From: an uncultured delta proteobacterium
GTDB taxonomy: Bacteria > Desulfobacterota > Binatia > UBA9968
Assembly: GCA_963840855.1 (NCBI GenBank)
Contig: CAWJBB010000061.1
Span: 64,001-128,000, forward strand
Length of the DNA stretch: 64,000 bases
Direction: 5' to 3'
The stretch's first letter is position 1. Every line of letters starts with the position of its first letter. Below, piece by piece: positions 1 through 10,726 of this stretch. A program made the position numbers and the translations under genes. Below the pieces are notes generated by a model. It saw nothing but the letters and a program-made list of their open reading frames with translations, was not told the origin of the DNA and made no database searches.

Positions 1-111
1 TCATAGAAATTTACCCAACTCGCCGGCGCGCGCCCTCACCCTTCTCTCTCCCAGGGGGCGGGGCTGCCGTCAAACCAAAAGCGGCCCCGCGGACGGAAAT
101 CCAAAATTACC

Positions 112-705
112 TTACCGGCCCATGCGGCGCAGCGCTTCCTTTAAAATGTTTTCCAATGCGTCTTCGCCCCCTTCGAGGACAGCGCGAACGTTGTTCTCCG
201 CTTCGCCCTTGCGATATCCGAGATTGACCAGCGCCGACACGGCATCTTGCATCAGGTGCGAATCGCGTTCCCTTGGTTTACTGGAGGCGCCCGCGGATGG
301 TAGAGTCATGAACTTATCCTTCAGTTCGACAATCATGCGCTCGGCCAGTTTCCTACCGACTCCGGGAATGCCGAGCAGCCGCACCTGGTCTCCCTCTTTC
401 AGCGCCCGCGCCAGATCCTCCGCTGCTATCCCCGACAAGATGTTGACCGCCAGCTTGGGCCCGATTCCCGACACGGCCGTCAGCAGCAAGAAAACCTGCT
501 TCTCGGCGCTATCCTGAAAACCGAAAAGCTGCAAAGTATCCTCGCGCACATGGGTATAGACTTGCAAACTCACCCGGCCACCGATCTCCGGCAAGCTATA
601 AAATACATTTAAAGGAATAGAGATCTGGTAGCCAACGCCGTTGACGTCGACAACGATCTCACCGGGGATTTTTTGCGCTAAAGTGCCGCTAATATGCGCG
701 ATCAC
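112..705 (-). CDS. ruvA: Holliday junction branch migration protein RuvA
   Basis: MIAHISG..VNGVGY N-terminus, VSGIGPKLA and IPGVGRKLAER HhH motifs, ALVNLGY C-domain; follows ruvC. Confidence 0.97.
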   Translation of the reverse strand: MIAHISGTLAQKIPGEIVVDVNGVGYQISIPLNVFYSLPEIGGRVSLQVYTHVREDTLQLFGFQDSAEKQVFLLLTAVSGIGPKLAVNILSGIAAEDLARALKEGDQVRLLGIPGVGRKLAERMIVELKDKFMTLPSAGASSKPRERDSHLMQDAVSALVNLGYRKGEAENNVRAVLEGGEDALENILKEALRRMGR

Positions 706-750
706 GATGAAATTAGAGATACGATGATGACGGCCGCTTTATTCCGGCGC

Positions 751-1341
751 CTATCGCTTTGATACAACTCTCGGGTGATCCCGCCAACTCGCCTTTACGG
801 CGCGGCTCACGGCGCCAGCCATTCGAGTTTGGTAAGCTCTGCGGTGGATGTGGCAAATCGCGGCGGCTAGAGCATCCGCGGCGTCGCCGCGCAGGGAGCC
901 GCGTAGATCGAGCAACGCGCTCACCATCTTTTGTATTTGCTCCTTGGTCGCATGCCCATAACCGACAACCGCGACTTTAATTTCCGTCGCCGAATACTCG
1001 GACACAGCGATTTGATTTTGCGCCGCCGCTAACATTGCCATGCCGCGCGCTTGGCCGAGCTTCAACGCGCTCTGCACGTTACGGGAAAAGAATACTTTCT
1101 CCAGGCTCATATCGGCTGGGCAATACTGCTTTATAACCTCCTCTAAGCCGCAATGAATCTGCCACAAACGCTCGGCTTGGCCGAGAGCCGTCGATGTTCC
1201 CACGATGCCGTGGGCGACATGGCGCAGCTGATTTCCTTCAAGCTCCACCAGCCCCCAACCGGTAACGATCGAACCGGGATCGACTCCGAGAATCGTTTCG
1301 CCCCGCGGCCGCGGCGCGCTCGTCTTCGCCACCGGGGTCAC
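751..1341 (-). CDS. ruvC: Crossover junction endodeoxyribonuclease RuvC
   Basis: ILGVDPGS..TGWG, EKVFF..N..SALKLGQARG, EYSATEIKVAVVGYG.A.K, DAADALAAAICH motifs. Confidence 0.96.
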   Translation of the reverse strand: MTPVAKTSAPRPRGETILGVDPGSIVTGWGLVELEGNQLRHVAHGIVGTSTALGQAERLWQIHCGLEEVIKQYCPADMSLEKVFFSRNVQSALKLGQARGMAMLAAAQNQIAVSEYSATEIKVAVVGYGHATKEQIQKMVSALLDLRGSLRGDAADALAAAICHIHRRAYQTRMAGAVSRAVKASWRDHPRVVSKR

Positions 1342-1345
1342 CGGA

Positions 1346-2092
1346 TCAGCTCACCTTTTCCATCAACTCGGCGGGGATATTGAAATTCGCCGACACATTC
1401 TGAACATCGTCGTGATCCTCCAACTCTTCGGTGAGCTTGAGAATCTGCTCGACATTCTTGGCATCGACGTCAACGGTGTTTTTCGGCGTCAGCGTCACTT
1501 GGGCGCTGGCGACGGCTATTTTCTCGTGATCCAAGCGGTCCTTAACCGCGTGAAAATCTTCCGGCTGCGTCACCACTTCGAAGAATTCGTCTTCATCGCG
1601 GACATCCTCAGCCCCCGCGTCAAGTACGATCCCCAACAACCTTTCTTCGTCAGTCTGAGACTTCTCAACTGTAATCAGCCCCTTCTTATCGAACATCCAT
1701 CCCACGCAGCCCGTCTCCCCCAAGTTGCCGCCGTGCTTGGTGAATAACCGGCGGATCTCCGACACGGTTCGATTCTTATTGTCAGTCAATACCTGGGCGA
1801 TGATCGCCGCCCCGCCCGGGCCGTAGCCCTCGTACTGGATCTCCTCGTAGGTAACCCCTTCGAGCTCGCCTGTGCCTTTTTTGATCGCCCGGTCGATATT
1901 ATCACCGGGCATACTTTGGGTCCGCGCCGTCATCACCGCCGTGCGCAAACGCGGGTTGGCGTTGATATCACCTCCGCCCATGCGCGCCGCCACCGTGATT
2001 TCCTTGATCAGTTTAGTGAAGAGCTTGCCCCGTTTGGCGTCCTTGGCGGCCTTCTTGTGCTTGATCGTGCTCCATTTGGAATGACCTGACAT
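1346..2092 (-). CDS. yebC: YebC/PmpR family protein (start corrected to MSGHSKW)
   Basis: [38 protein letters not shown]; GGGAGAG SD upstream of 2092; classic yebC-ruvC-ruvA order. Confidence 0.96.
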   Translation of the reverse strand: MSGHSKWSTIKHKKAAKDAKRGKLFTKLIKEITVAARMGGGDINANPRLRTAVMTARTQSMPGDNIDRAIKKGTGELEGVTYEEIQYEGYGPGGAAIIAQVLTDNKNRTVSEIRRLFTKHGGNLGETGCVGWMFDKKGLITVEKSQTDEERLLGIVLDAGAEDVRDEDEFFEVVTQPEDFHAVKDRLDHEKIAVASAQVTLTPKNTVDVDAKNVEQILKLTEELEDHDDVQNVSANFNIPAELMEKVS

Positions 2093-2290
2093 AAGCGGGC
2101 CTCTCCCGTGAAAATTTACTGTAAAGTAACACAATCGCCCCCGAGGGTAAACCGCTGTCGCGTTGATTGACGCACAGCAAAAAACAACGTAGCATCTATC
2201 ATCCCGCTTCGCGTTTCCGTCACCCCAATGCGACAAAAGACTCATGGCGCGGAGATTTTCGCCGGCGCGCATCGTCGCAAACTCAAATCG

Positions 2291-2968
2291 ATGAAGAACC
2301 GCTACGCTCATAGCTTTCGCAGTGCGGCCTTTGGGTTGGCTATGGCAGTGCTAACCGCCTGCGCCGTGCCACCGGGACGAGTTAGGCTGCCGCCAACTCC
2401 AGCGCCGGAAAACCGCGCGGCGCAATCCGGCATCGCGTCATGGTACGGGCCGGGATTTCACGGCCAGGCCACCGCTAGCGGCGACATCTACAACCAGGAC
2501 GATCTCACCGCAGCGCACCAGACGCTGCCGCTGGGCACGCGCGTCATGGTGACCAACTTGAACAACGGCAAGTCCATCGAGGTCTTGGTTAATGACCGCG
2601 GGCCTTTCGCCAAGGGACGAATCATCGATCTGTCCCATGCCGCCGCAAGGTCCATCGATATGGTCGGTCCTGGCACCGCGCCGGTGCGCATCGAAGTGAT
2701 CGAAGCGCCCTACAAGATCCAAGCGATTCGCGCGTCCCTGGATTATACCCTGCAAGTGGGCTCTTTCGCACAACTGGAAAACGCGCAGCAAATGCGCGAC
2801 CGCCTGCAACAATTTTATTCAGAAATTGCCATCGTGCCAATGCAGTCCAGCAATCGCACCTACTACCGTGTCCAGCTCGGCAACTATTCGAACCGCGCCG
2901 CAGCCGAGGAACAGGCGCGGCAACTGGCGCAAAGCGGCTACTCCGTCATTATTATGGAGAAACAATAG
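2291..2968 (+). CDS. rlpA: Septal ring lytic transglycosylase RlpA-family lipoprotein with SPOR domain
   Basis: Lipobox VLTAC; [34 protein letters not shown]; C-terminal YTLQVGSF...YRVQLG SPOR. Confidence 0.92.
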   Translation: MKNRYAHSFRSAAFGLAMAVLTACAVPPGRVRLPPTPAPENRAAQSGIASWYGPGFHGQATASGDIYNQDDLTAAHQTLPLGTRVMVTNLNNGKSIEVLVNDRGPFAKGRIIDLSHAAARSIDMVGPGTAPVRIEVIEAPYKIQAIRASLDYTLQVGSFAQLENAQQMRDRLQQFYSEIAIVPMQSSNRTYYRVQLGNYSNRAAAEEQARQLAQSGYSVIIMEKQ

Positions 2969-3113
2969 TCTGGTGTCTTGAGTCTCGGGTCCCGAGTTAA
3001 GGAGCGAGAAAAGAATTTACCTATTGCCTACCGCCTGTTGCCTGTTTTCGAATCCGAAAACTTTGACTTTGAACGTTGAACTTTGAACACGAATCCGCCA
3101 CCGGCGGATTCGC

Positions 3114-4037
3114 TCAGTTGCGGTCGAGCAAAAGATAATGGCTGTTTTCTTTCTTTACGCGGCGTTCGTCGATGAGCTTTTCGAGATGGGCCTGCACGGA
3201 AAACTCCGCCACTCGCTTGAGCGCCGCCGAGACATCGACGTAGATCATTTCCGTAATATCGCCGATGGTATTTCGCCCGCTGCGCAGAGCCCGTAAGACC
3301 TGCTGCTCGCGCATTCGTCGATGTTCGATGTACTCGCGGATTTTTTCTTCCGCTTTGGCGACCAGCGGCCCGTGGCCGGGCAAGATCAAGTCCACTGAGA
3401 ATCCGAGCAGACGCTCCAGCGACTTGAGATAATCCGTCATATTGCCGTCGGGCGGGCGAATCACCGCGGTGCCGTAGCCGAGGATATTGTCACCGCTAAA
3501 TAGCACCTTTTCGTCCCCTTCATAAAAGCAGCAGTGGCCGGACTCATGTCCCGGCGTGTGCAATACATGCAGTTCCCCGCCGCCGAAGCTGATACGGTCG
3601 TCGTCACCGTACTGGAAGTCCTCGCCGCCAAGATAACCCGCCCGTGAGCGGTGGATACCCAATTTAGCGCCACAGCGTTTTCGAAGCGCCAGCGCGCCGC
3701 CGCAATGATCGCTGTGGATATGCGTGAGCAAAATCTTGTCGATCTTTTTTACGCCCATCGCTTCGGCTTGCTCCAGAATACCGTCCATGTTCGAGTCGGC
3801 GCTGAGCGCGACATCGATCACCAGCGCGCTCTCCTTGCCGACGATATATTGATTCGTCCCCTGCAGCGTCATGATGCCGGGATTGTCGGCGGTGAATTTT
3901 CCGATATGGGCCGGTGTCGCCATAGGGCTCCTCTCAGCGGCGTGAACGCTCGATAGCAAAAATCGAGTCGATTCGAAAAACACCGCCATCGCTGCTTTCC
4001 CGAGCGCCGCCAGCGCTTCGCGTCGTCTCATTGGCAT
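3114..4037 (-). CDS. MBL-fold metallo-hydrolase (LACTB2-like); alternative start at 3923
   Basis: NPGIMTLQGTN, THIHSDH, HTPGH, FSGD, LPGHGP; SD GAGGAG before 3923; longer form has an RR-containing leader. Confidence 0.85.
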   Translation of the reverse strand: MPMRRREALAALGKAAMAVFFESTRFLLSSVHAAERSPMATPAHIGKFTADNPGIMTLQGTNQYIVGKESALVIDVALSADSNMDGILEQAEAMGVKKIDKILLTHIHSDHCGGALALRKRCGAKLGIHRSRAGYLGGEDFQYGDDDRISFGGGELHVLHTPGHESGHCCFYEGDEKVLFSGDNILGYGTAVIRPPDGNMTDYLKSLERLLGFSVDLILPGHGPLVAKAEEKIREYIEHRRMREQQVLRALRSGRNTIGDITEMIYVDVSAALKRVAEFSVQAHLEKLIDERRVKKENSHYLLLDRN

Positions 4038-4112
4038 ACGCCAATTCGGTCTCGAGTCTAGGGTCTAAAGTTCTCTGTCCAACTCGACACTCGGGACTCT
4101 AGACCATGGGGC

Positions 4113-6806
4113 TTAGTTTTGCAGCAACTGCCTGAGCACGTATTCCAAAATCCCGCCGTGGCGGTAATAATCCAGCTCCGCCGGCGTATCGATGCGGCAG
4201 ATAACCTTAAACGCCGTGGCCTTGCCGTCGTCGCTGGTCGCCATCACGGTCAGTTCCTGGCGCAGTTTGAGCCCGGCATTGATGCCGTTGACATCGAATG
4301 TTTCAAATCCCGTGAGCCCGTGGGTCTTGAGATTCTCTCCCGGCTTGAACTGCAATGGCACGATGCCCATGCCGATCAAATTGCTGCGATGAATACGCTC
4401 AAAGCTCTCCGCGATCGCCGCGCGCACACCCAGTAGTCGCGGCCCCTTAGCGGCCCAGTCGCGCGACGAGCCGGAGCCATACTCTTTGCCGGCAACGACG
4501 ATCAGCGGTATCCCCTCTTTCTGGTATTGCATCGCCGCGTCGTAGATCGACATCTGCTTTTTGTCCGGGAGGTGGACGGTGACGCCGCCCTCGGTGCCGG
4601 GCGCGAGGAAATTCTTCAGACGAATATTCGCAAAAGTCCCGCGCATCATAACCTCATGATTACCGCGCCGCGCACCGTACTGGTTAAAATCCTTGGGCAG
4701 AACGTCGTTATTAATGAGATAGCGCGCTGCAGGGCCGTTCTTTTCGATGGAGCCAGCCGGCGAAATATGGTCCGTAGTCACGGAGTCGCCGAGCAGAGCC
4801 AAGACCCGCGCGCCCTTAATCTCCCGCGGCTGACCGGGTGTTTTGGACATATTTTCAAAGTACGGCGCCTCGCGCACGTAGGTCGAATGTGGGTCCCACT
4901 TGAAAAGCTCGCCCTCGGGCACTGGAAGGCTCTTCCAGCGCGCGTCGCCTTCGGTGGCCTGGCTGTATTCCTTTTTGAACATCTCCGAGCGCACCGACTC
5001 GTTCATTACTTGCTGCACTTCCTGCGGCGTCGGCCAGATGTCTTTGAGATAAACCGGTTTGCCCTGGGGATCGCTACCGAGAGGGTCATTATACAAATCA
5101 ACGTCCATGGTGCCGGCCAAAGCATAGGCGACTACCAGCGGGGGCGACGCCAGATAGTTGGCGCGCACGCTGGGGTGGATGCGCCCCTCGAAATTCCGGT
5201 TGCCGGAGAGCACGGCGGCGGCCACCAGATCGCCCTGCTGGATGCCGTTGGCCACCGGTTCCGGCAATGGGCCGCTGTTGCCTATACAGGTCGTGCAACC
5301 ATAGCCGACCAGGTGAAAACCGATCTTTTCCAAATGCGCCAGGAGACCGCTATCCTTTAGATATTCCGTGACCACCCGGGAGCCCGGCGCCAAGCTGGTT
5401 TTAACCCAAGGCTTGCGCGTGAGGCCCTTTTCGCCGGCCTTCTTGGCCAACAGTCCCGCGCCAATCATAACCGACGGGTTCGAGGTATTCGTACAGCTCG
5501 TGATCGCGGAAATGACGACCGAGCCATGCTTGAGATCAAACTTGTCGCCGTTCGACTGTACCGCCACACTTTTCTGCGCATCACCGCTCTTCATCAATGA
5601 CGGTAAAGCCTCTTTGAAGGCTTTCTTGCTCTCCGTCAACGTAATCCGGTCCTGGGGCCGGCGCGGGCCGGAGATGCTCGGCACGACGCTGGCGAGGTCA
5701 AGTTCCAGCGTGTCGGTGAACATAGGATCAGGGGATTGGTCGGTGCGTAACATCCCCTGCTCTTTAGCGTAAGTTTCCACAAGTTTGATCAAGTGGGGAT
5801 CGCGTCCGGTCAGAGTAAGATATCGCAGCGTTTCATCATCGATCGGAAAATAGCCGATGGTGGCGCCATATTCCGGCGCCATGTTGCCGATGGTGGCGCG
5901 GTCGGCGAGGCTCAGACTCGAAAGGCCCGAGCCAAAGAACTCAACGAACTTCTCGACAACGCCCCTCTTGCGCAGCATCTGCACGACCGTGAGAACCAGA
6001 TCCGTCGCCGTCGCCCCTTCAGGCAGCCTGCCGTGGAGCTTGAAGCCGATGACTTCGGGAATCAGCATGATGATCGGCTGTCCCAACAGTGCAGCTTCCG
6101 CTTCGATGCCGCCGACGCCCCAGCCGACAACGCCGAGGCCATTGATCATGGGCGTATGCGAATCCGTGCCGACCACGGTATCGGGATACGCGAAGCTCAC
6201 ACCGTCTTTTTTCGCCCGAAAAACGACAGGCGCAAGATATTCGAGATTGACCTGATGGCAGATGCCTACGTCCGGCGGAATCAATCGGAAATTAGCGAAA
6301 GCCGTCTGTCCCCAGCGCAGAAAATTATAGCGCTCGACGTTGCGCTCAAACTCGATCTTGGCATTTTTGTGTACCGCGTCGGCGCTGCCGAAATAGTCCA
6401 CCTGCACCGAGTGATCGATAACCAAATCAACCGGCGCCAAAGGGTTGATTTTTTTCGGATCGCCGCCGAGCCGCTTCATAGCTTCGCGCATCGCCGCCAA
6501 GTCCACCACCGCGGGCACGCCGGTCAAGTCCTGCATCAACACCCGCGCCGGCATGAAGGCGATTTCTTTTTCCTGCTTCGCCGTCGGATTCCAGTTGGCC
6601 AAGGCCTCGATATCGGGTTTGTTGACATGACGGTTGTCTTCTTGTCTCAGCAAATTTTCAAGCAAGACCTTCAAGGACACGGGCAACCGTGAGATATTCG
6701 TGAAACCGGCCTTCTCCAATAAGTCGAGGCGAAAAATATCGTAGCTATGTCCGTCCACCGAAAGCGTCTTGCGCGTGTCGAAACTGTCCACGTACTTCTG
6801 TGCCAT
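4113..6806 (-). CDS. acnA: Aconitate hydratase A
   Basis: 897 aa; [47 protein letters not shown]. Confidence 0.97.
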   Translation of the reverse strand: MAQKYVDSFDTRKTLSVDGHSYDIFRLDLLEKAGFTNISRLPVSLKVLLENLLRQEDNRHVNKPDIEALANWNPTAKQEKEIAFMPARVLMQDLTGVPAVVDLAAMREAMKRLGGDPKKINPLAPVDLVIDHSVQVDYFGSADAVHKNAKIEFERNVERYNFLRWGQTAFANFRLIPPDVGICHQVNLEYLAPVVFRAKKDGVSFAYPDTVVGTDSHTPMINGLGVVGWGVGGIEAEAALLGQPIIMLIPEVIGFKLHGRLPEGATATDLVLTVVQMLRKRGVVEKFVEFFGSGLSSLSLADRATIGNMAPEYGATIGYFPIDDETLRYLTLTGRDPHLIKLVETYAKEQGMLRTDQSPDPMFTDTLELDLASVVPSISGPRRPQDRITLTESKKAFKEALPSLMKSGDAQKSVAVQSNGDKFDLKHGSVVISAITSCTNTSNPSVMIGAGLLAKKAGEKGLTRKPWVKTSLAPGSRVVTEYLKDSGLLAHLEKIGFHLVGYGCTTCIGNSGPLPEPVANGIQQGDLVAAAVLSGNRNFEGRIHPSVRANYLASPPLVVAYALAGTMDVDLYNDPLGSDPQGKPVYLKDIWPTPQEVQQVMNESVRSEMFKKEYSQATEGDARWKSLPVPEGELFKWDPHSTYVREAPYFENMSKTPGQPREIKGARVLALLGDSVTTDHISPAGSIEKNGPAARYLINNDVLPKDFNQYGARRGNHEVMMRGTFANIRLKNFLAPGTEGGVTVHLPDKKQMSIYDAAMQYQKEGIPLIVVAGKEYGSGSSRDWAAKGPRLLGVRAAIAESFERIHRSNLIGMGIVPLQFKPGENLKTHGLTGFETFDVNGINAGLKLRQELTVMATSDDGKATAFKVICRIDTPAELDYYRHGGILEYVLRQLLQN

Positions 6807-6946
6807 GGGGAATCTCCTTATTATCGATGGGTAGTCTATTTTGTAGCTAGGGGACGGCGATAAAGCAACAGGAAGAGCGCGTGCAAGGACCGACGCTATT
6901 GTAACTTGCTTGACGTCGCTCCACGACCTCTGATAATCGAGCAGTC

Positions 6947-8050
6947 ATGTTGATACTGAGCAACGAAGAAATAGAATCCTTTCTCACCATCAATAGTTGC
7001 ATCGACGCTTTGGCGAAAGCCTACCGGAGCTGGCACGGCGGAATGGCCATCAACCGCCCGCGCACGGATTTGGTCCTGCCCTCGCCCAACGAATCCGGGG
7101 TCTATGCCTTCAAGTCGATGGAAGCCGGTCTCGCCGACCCGCCCATCGTCGCCATGCGCATCAACTCCGACATCATTCGCTGGCGCCAGGATGGCGGCCG
7201 GGTTCTCAAGACTAAGATACCCGCTGCTCCTGGGAACAAATATGTCGGCCTCGTCATGCTCTTCTCCACGGAAAACGGCGAGCCGCTGGCGATCTTTCCC
7301 GACGGCGTGGTCCAGCGCATGCGCGTGGCTTCGAGCAGCGCGCTGGCGGCGCGCTATCTTGCGCGCCGGGATGCAAGCACATTGGCGCTGTTCGGCTCCG
7401 GCTGGCAGGCGGGCAGCCACCTTCCGGCCATGTGTGCGGTGCGCCCGATCACACAAGTAAAAGTGTACAGTCCTACGAAAACTAATCGCGAAGCCTTCGC
7501 CAGCGCGATGGCGCAAAAAGTTTCCGCCGAGGTGATCCCGGTAGGAAGTGCCGAAGAAGCCGCCCGCGGCGCCGATATCATCGCCGCGACGACGAACTCA
7601 CTGTCGCGGGTCGTCAACCACGAGTGGGTGCGCCCGGGGATTCATCTGACCTGCGTGCGCGTGCCTGAGCTCGGCGACGAGACGATTCGAAAAGTCGACC
7701 GGCTGGTGATCCATGCGCACCAGCATGCGCCGCAAAATTTTATTGCCGGCTTCGGCGACGAAGGAATCCACGCCCATGACGCCATCGACATCATTCGCAA
7801 AGGCCCCGAAGGCGCCCGCGAATCCAAGGTCGAGCAGCCTTTCTGGCTCGCCGCACCTGAGTTGAGAGATCTCGTCACCGGCCATGCCGGCGGTCGCGCC
7901 AACGACCAAGAATCCACATGCTTCTTAAATAACATTGGCATTGGCCTTCAGTTCGCCGCCGTCGGCTCGGCGGTTTACTACGAAGCGAAAGCCAAAGGGA
8001 TCGGCCGGGAGATTCCTACGGATTGGTTTTTGGAAAGCGTGCACCCGTAG
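6947..8050 (+). CDS. Ornithine cyclodeaminase / mu-crystallin family protein
   Basis: MRVASSSALAARYLAR, Rossmann GSGWQA, GIGLQFAAVG C-terminal motif. Confidence 0.85.
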   Translation: MLILSNEEIESFLTINSCIDALAKAYRSWHGGMAINRPRTDLVLPSPNESGVYAFKSMEAGLADPPIVAMRINSDIIRWRQDGGRVLKTKIPAAPGNKYVGLVMLFSTENGEPLAIFPDGVVQRMRVASSSALAARYLARRDASTLALFGSGWQAGSHLPAMCAVRPITQVKVYSPTKTNREAFASAMAQKVSAEVIPVGSAEEAARGADIIAATTNSLSRVVNHEWVRPGIHLTCVRVPELGDETIRKVDRLVIHAHQHAPQNFIAGFGDEGIHAHDAIDIIRKGPEGARESKVEQPFWLAAPELRDLVTGHAGGRANDQESTCFLNNIGIGLQFAAVGSAVYYEAKAKGIGREIPTDWFLESVHP

Positions 8051-8173
8051 CTAGGCAACAATGCGCACGGGACTCAAGCCTGAGCAATGTCGAAGGGAAC
8101 TACTTGAACCGGCTGCGCGCAGCATTCTTGGCGCTCTTTGTGGCTAATTTCCTTCTTCGTGACCCTTAAAAGC

Positions 8174-8210
8174 AACGAGGCCGGTGGAGATTCACTCCAC
8201 CGGCCTCGTT
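8174..8210. terminator. Intrinsic terminator hairpin between convergent genes
   Basis: Perfect stem aacgaggccggtggag / ctccaccggcctcgtt with U-rich flank on the minus strand. Confidence 0.75.
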
Positions 8211-8248
8211 TAGATTCCTGGTAGCGGCGCTAGGTGCCTCTGCCGAGA

Positions 8249-10309
8249 CTACCATTTGCCGACGACGGCGATATCTCCCGGGACGCCGAAGTTCACCGCA
8301 CATACATCGATCCCGCAACCGTCCCATATTCCATTGCCGTTGTAGTCCAGGTACCACACGCTTGTGCTGGGGCGGAAGACACCAATTTTACTGGTACCCG
8401 ATCCGTTCCAGTCGCCCGTCACCGGCTGATCTCCAGCCCCGCCGAAGGACATGCAGCGCTCTTTGCTGCAACCGTTCCAGGATTTATTGCCGTTGTAATC
8501 CAGAAACCACTCGCCCGTGCTCGGCCGGAATAGTCCCAGCTGACTGACTCCAGCACCCTTCCAATCGCCGACCACTGGCAGGTCGCCGGTCATGTATACC
8601 GAGAGGTACGCGCATTGATCTTTTCGGCATCTAGTAAAACTCGCCATCGCTATTTTTGTCCAGGACCCAACTGCCAGTGCTTGGACGAAAAATCCCCACG
8701 CCATCATAACCCCCGGAAGTCCATTTCCCGACGACGGGCAGGTCTCCATTGACTCCGAATGGACCTAGACAAAGATCGACCGCGCACCCGTCCCAGGTTT
8801 CATTGGTGTTTTTGTCCATGAACCATTGCGCAGATTCAGCGCCAAATAATCCTAACTGGGTCACACCGGACGCGTCCCATTCACCGACAACCGGTACGGA
8901 ACCGGCAGCGCCAAAGGATTGAATACAGAGATCGATTTGACAGCTATCCCAGGCTGCCGTTGCCGTTTTGATCGAGGAACCACTCACCGGTGGACGGACG
9001 GTAAACGCCGATTCGGTCCGCAAAAGGCCACGGTGCTATTGAAAGTCGCCGTACAGGTCTATGTTCCCGGTGACCGTCACGGTGCTGGCGCATCCCGTGC
9101 CCGTCCAGCCGGCAAACGTCGAACCGCTGGCCGCCGTCGCCGTCAGCGCAACCTGTGTCCCGCTGGCAACACTTTCGCTGCAATCGCTGCCGCAATATGA
9201 TGCCGGTGGCCGTAACCGTGCCGCTCCCCGTCCCGGCCTTGGCCACCGTCAGTGTAAATGTGCTTGAGTTGAACGTCGCCGTACAGGTCAAGTTCCCGGT
9301 GACCGTCACGGTGCTGGCGCATCCCGTGCCCGTCCAGCCGGCAAACGTCGAACCGCTGGCCGCCGTCGCCGTCAGCGCAACCTGTGTCCCGCTGGCAACA
9401 CTTTCGCTGCAATCGCTGCCGCAATTGATGCCGGTGGCCGTAACCGTGCCGCTCCCCGTCCCGGCCTTGGCCACCGTCAGTGTAAATGTGCTTGAGTTGA
9501 ACGTCGCCGTACAGGTCAAGTTCCCGGTGACCGTCACGGTGCTGGCGCATCCCGTGCCCGTCCAGCCGGCAAACGTCGAACCGCTGGCCGCCGTCGCCGT
9601 CAGCGCAACCTGTGTCCCGCTGGCAACACTTTCGCTGCAATCGCTGCCGCAATTGATGCCGGTGGCCGTAACCGTGCCGCTCCCCGTCCCGGCCTTGGCC
9701 ACCGTCAGTGTAAATGTGCTTAAGTTGAACGTCGCCGTACAGGTCAAGTTCCCGGTGACCGTCACGGTGCTGGCGCATCCCGTGCCCGTCCAGCCGGCAA
9801 ACGTCGAACCGCTGGCCGCCGTCGCCGTCAGCGCAACCTGTGTCCCGCTGGCAACACTTTCGCTGCAATCGCTGCCGCAATATGATGCCGGTGGCCGTAA
9901 CCGTGCCGCTCCCCGTCCCGGCCTTGCTTACCGTCAACAGGTAGATAGACGGGGTGACCGACGCAGTTGTTGCGCACCCTTCATTGCTATATCCAGAAGA
10001 ACCTGTGGCATTAAATGCATTCACCCGATAACAGAAGGTCGTTGCGGCCGACAAATTACTATCGACGTGCGATCCCGCGTTTGCGGGCAGGCTGATAATC
10101 GGCACATAGGTCCCCGCAGTACCGGTCTTCCTCTCTACGCGAAAACCATCTTCGTTGTTCGAATTATCCGACCAACTCAGAGTCAGCTGCGCGGCGGAAA
10201 GTTCCGTGTGCGCAATGACCGCTGCAAAGACGGTGCAGAGAATAGCGAGAGTAACTAGCTTGAGAAATGATGCGATTCGATACATTCTGCTGACCTCCGA
10301 GGAACGCAA
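8249..10309 (-). CDS. Secreted modular surface protein: signal peptide + FN3 + four 76-aa Ig-like (InlB B-repeat-like) domains + about five FG-GAP-like repeats (GxFRPSTGxW.LD.NG...GD.PVVGDW); frameshifted
   Basis: Continuous domain sequence across ORFs 9143-10309, 8944-9765, 8631-9023 and 8249-8749. Confidence 0.8.
9040..9935. repeat. Four near-identical 228-bp tandem repeats
   Basis: tgtaaatgtgctt recurs at 9253, 9481 and 9709 (period 228); unit encodes TLTVAKAGTGSGTVTATGINCGSDCSESVASGTQVALTATAASGSTFAGWTGTGC... Confidence 0.95.
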
Positions 10310-10351
10310 GCGAGAACCGACACGCGCACGATCCTTGGAAGGTCAGTGCAA

Positions 10352-10440
10352 CCTACCGGCGGCCCTGCTACCTTATCTCTTTCGAGACTTAGGCCAGTGG
10401 CTTTGCGTCCCACCCTTTCGTGTGGTTTGCCCTTGACGGC
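10352..10440 (-). promoter_or_regulatory. Cyclic di-GMP-I (GEMM-I) riboswitch
   Basis: Minus strand reads aagGGCAAACCacacGAAAgggtGGGACGCAAAGCCactGGCCTAAgtctcgaaagagataaGGTAGCagggccgccgg, matching the GEMM consensus; lies in the 5' leader of the surface protein gene. Confidence 0.92.
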
Positions 10441-10726
10441 TTAAAGTTTCCTGATTTTTCCTGTTCTGTTCTTTATGTAACCTTTTTGCCGCTTTCCGCT
10501 CATCTATTGACAAGCTGCTTATGGTAGGCCCGGAATAACGATTGTGCGGGTTCGGCGCTGTTTGAAAAAGCAACACCGGTGCCAGCACAATCGCGAATAA
10601 ATAATCTTCGCGCTGCAACTCCTGTCCATAATTGGGCAACCCGGTGCAAAGGCAGGCCGACAATCTTGTACAGCCCCGCGAAGGATTGCCGCGTGGAATA
10701 AATTCATCCATCAAAATGATTTCCAA

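Noticed and set aside
1-4. Possible start codon of ruvB at the window edge
   Set aside because: Only an ATG is visible; the identity rests on synteny alone
2970-3112. Short 6-9-mer tandem repeats and small palindromes in intergenic gaps (also 4050-4105, 34890-34920, 50410-50480)
   Set aside because: Low-complexity intergenic repeats with no spacer structure or supportable function
4119-6692. Long antisense or alternative-frame ORFs (also e.g. 9155-10258, 34156-35070, 54979-55701, 60453-61112)
   Set aside because: Shadows of well-supported genes in GC-rich DNA, with no motifs of their own
9040-9935. Tandem array as a CRISPR or DGR template
   Set aside because: Units are 228-bp coding repeats without unique spacers; no cas or reverse transcriptase genes are in the window
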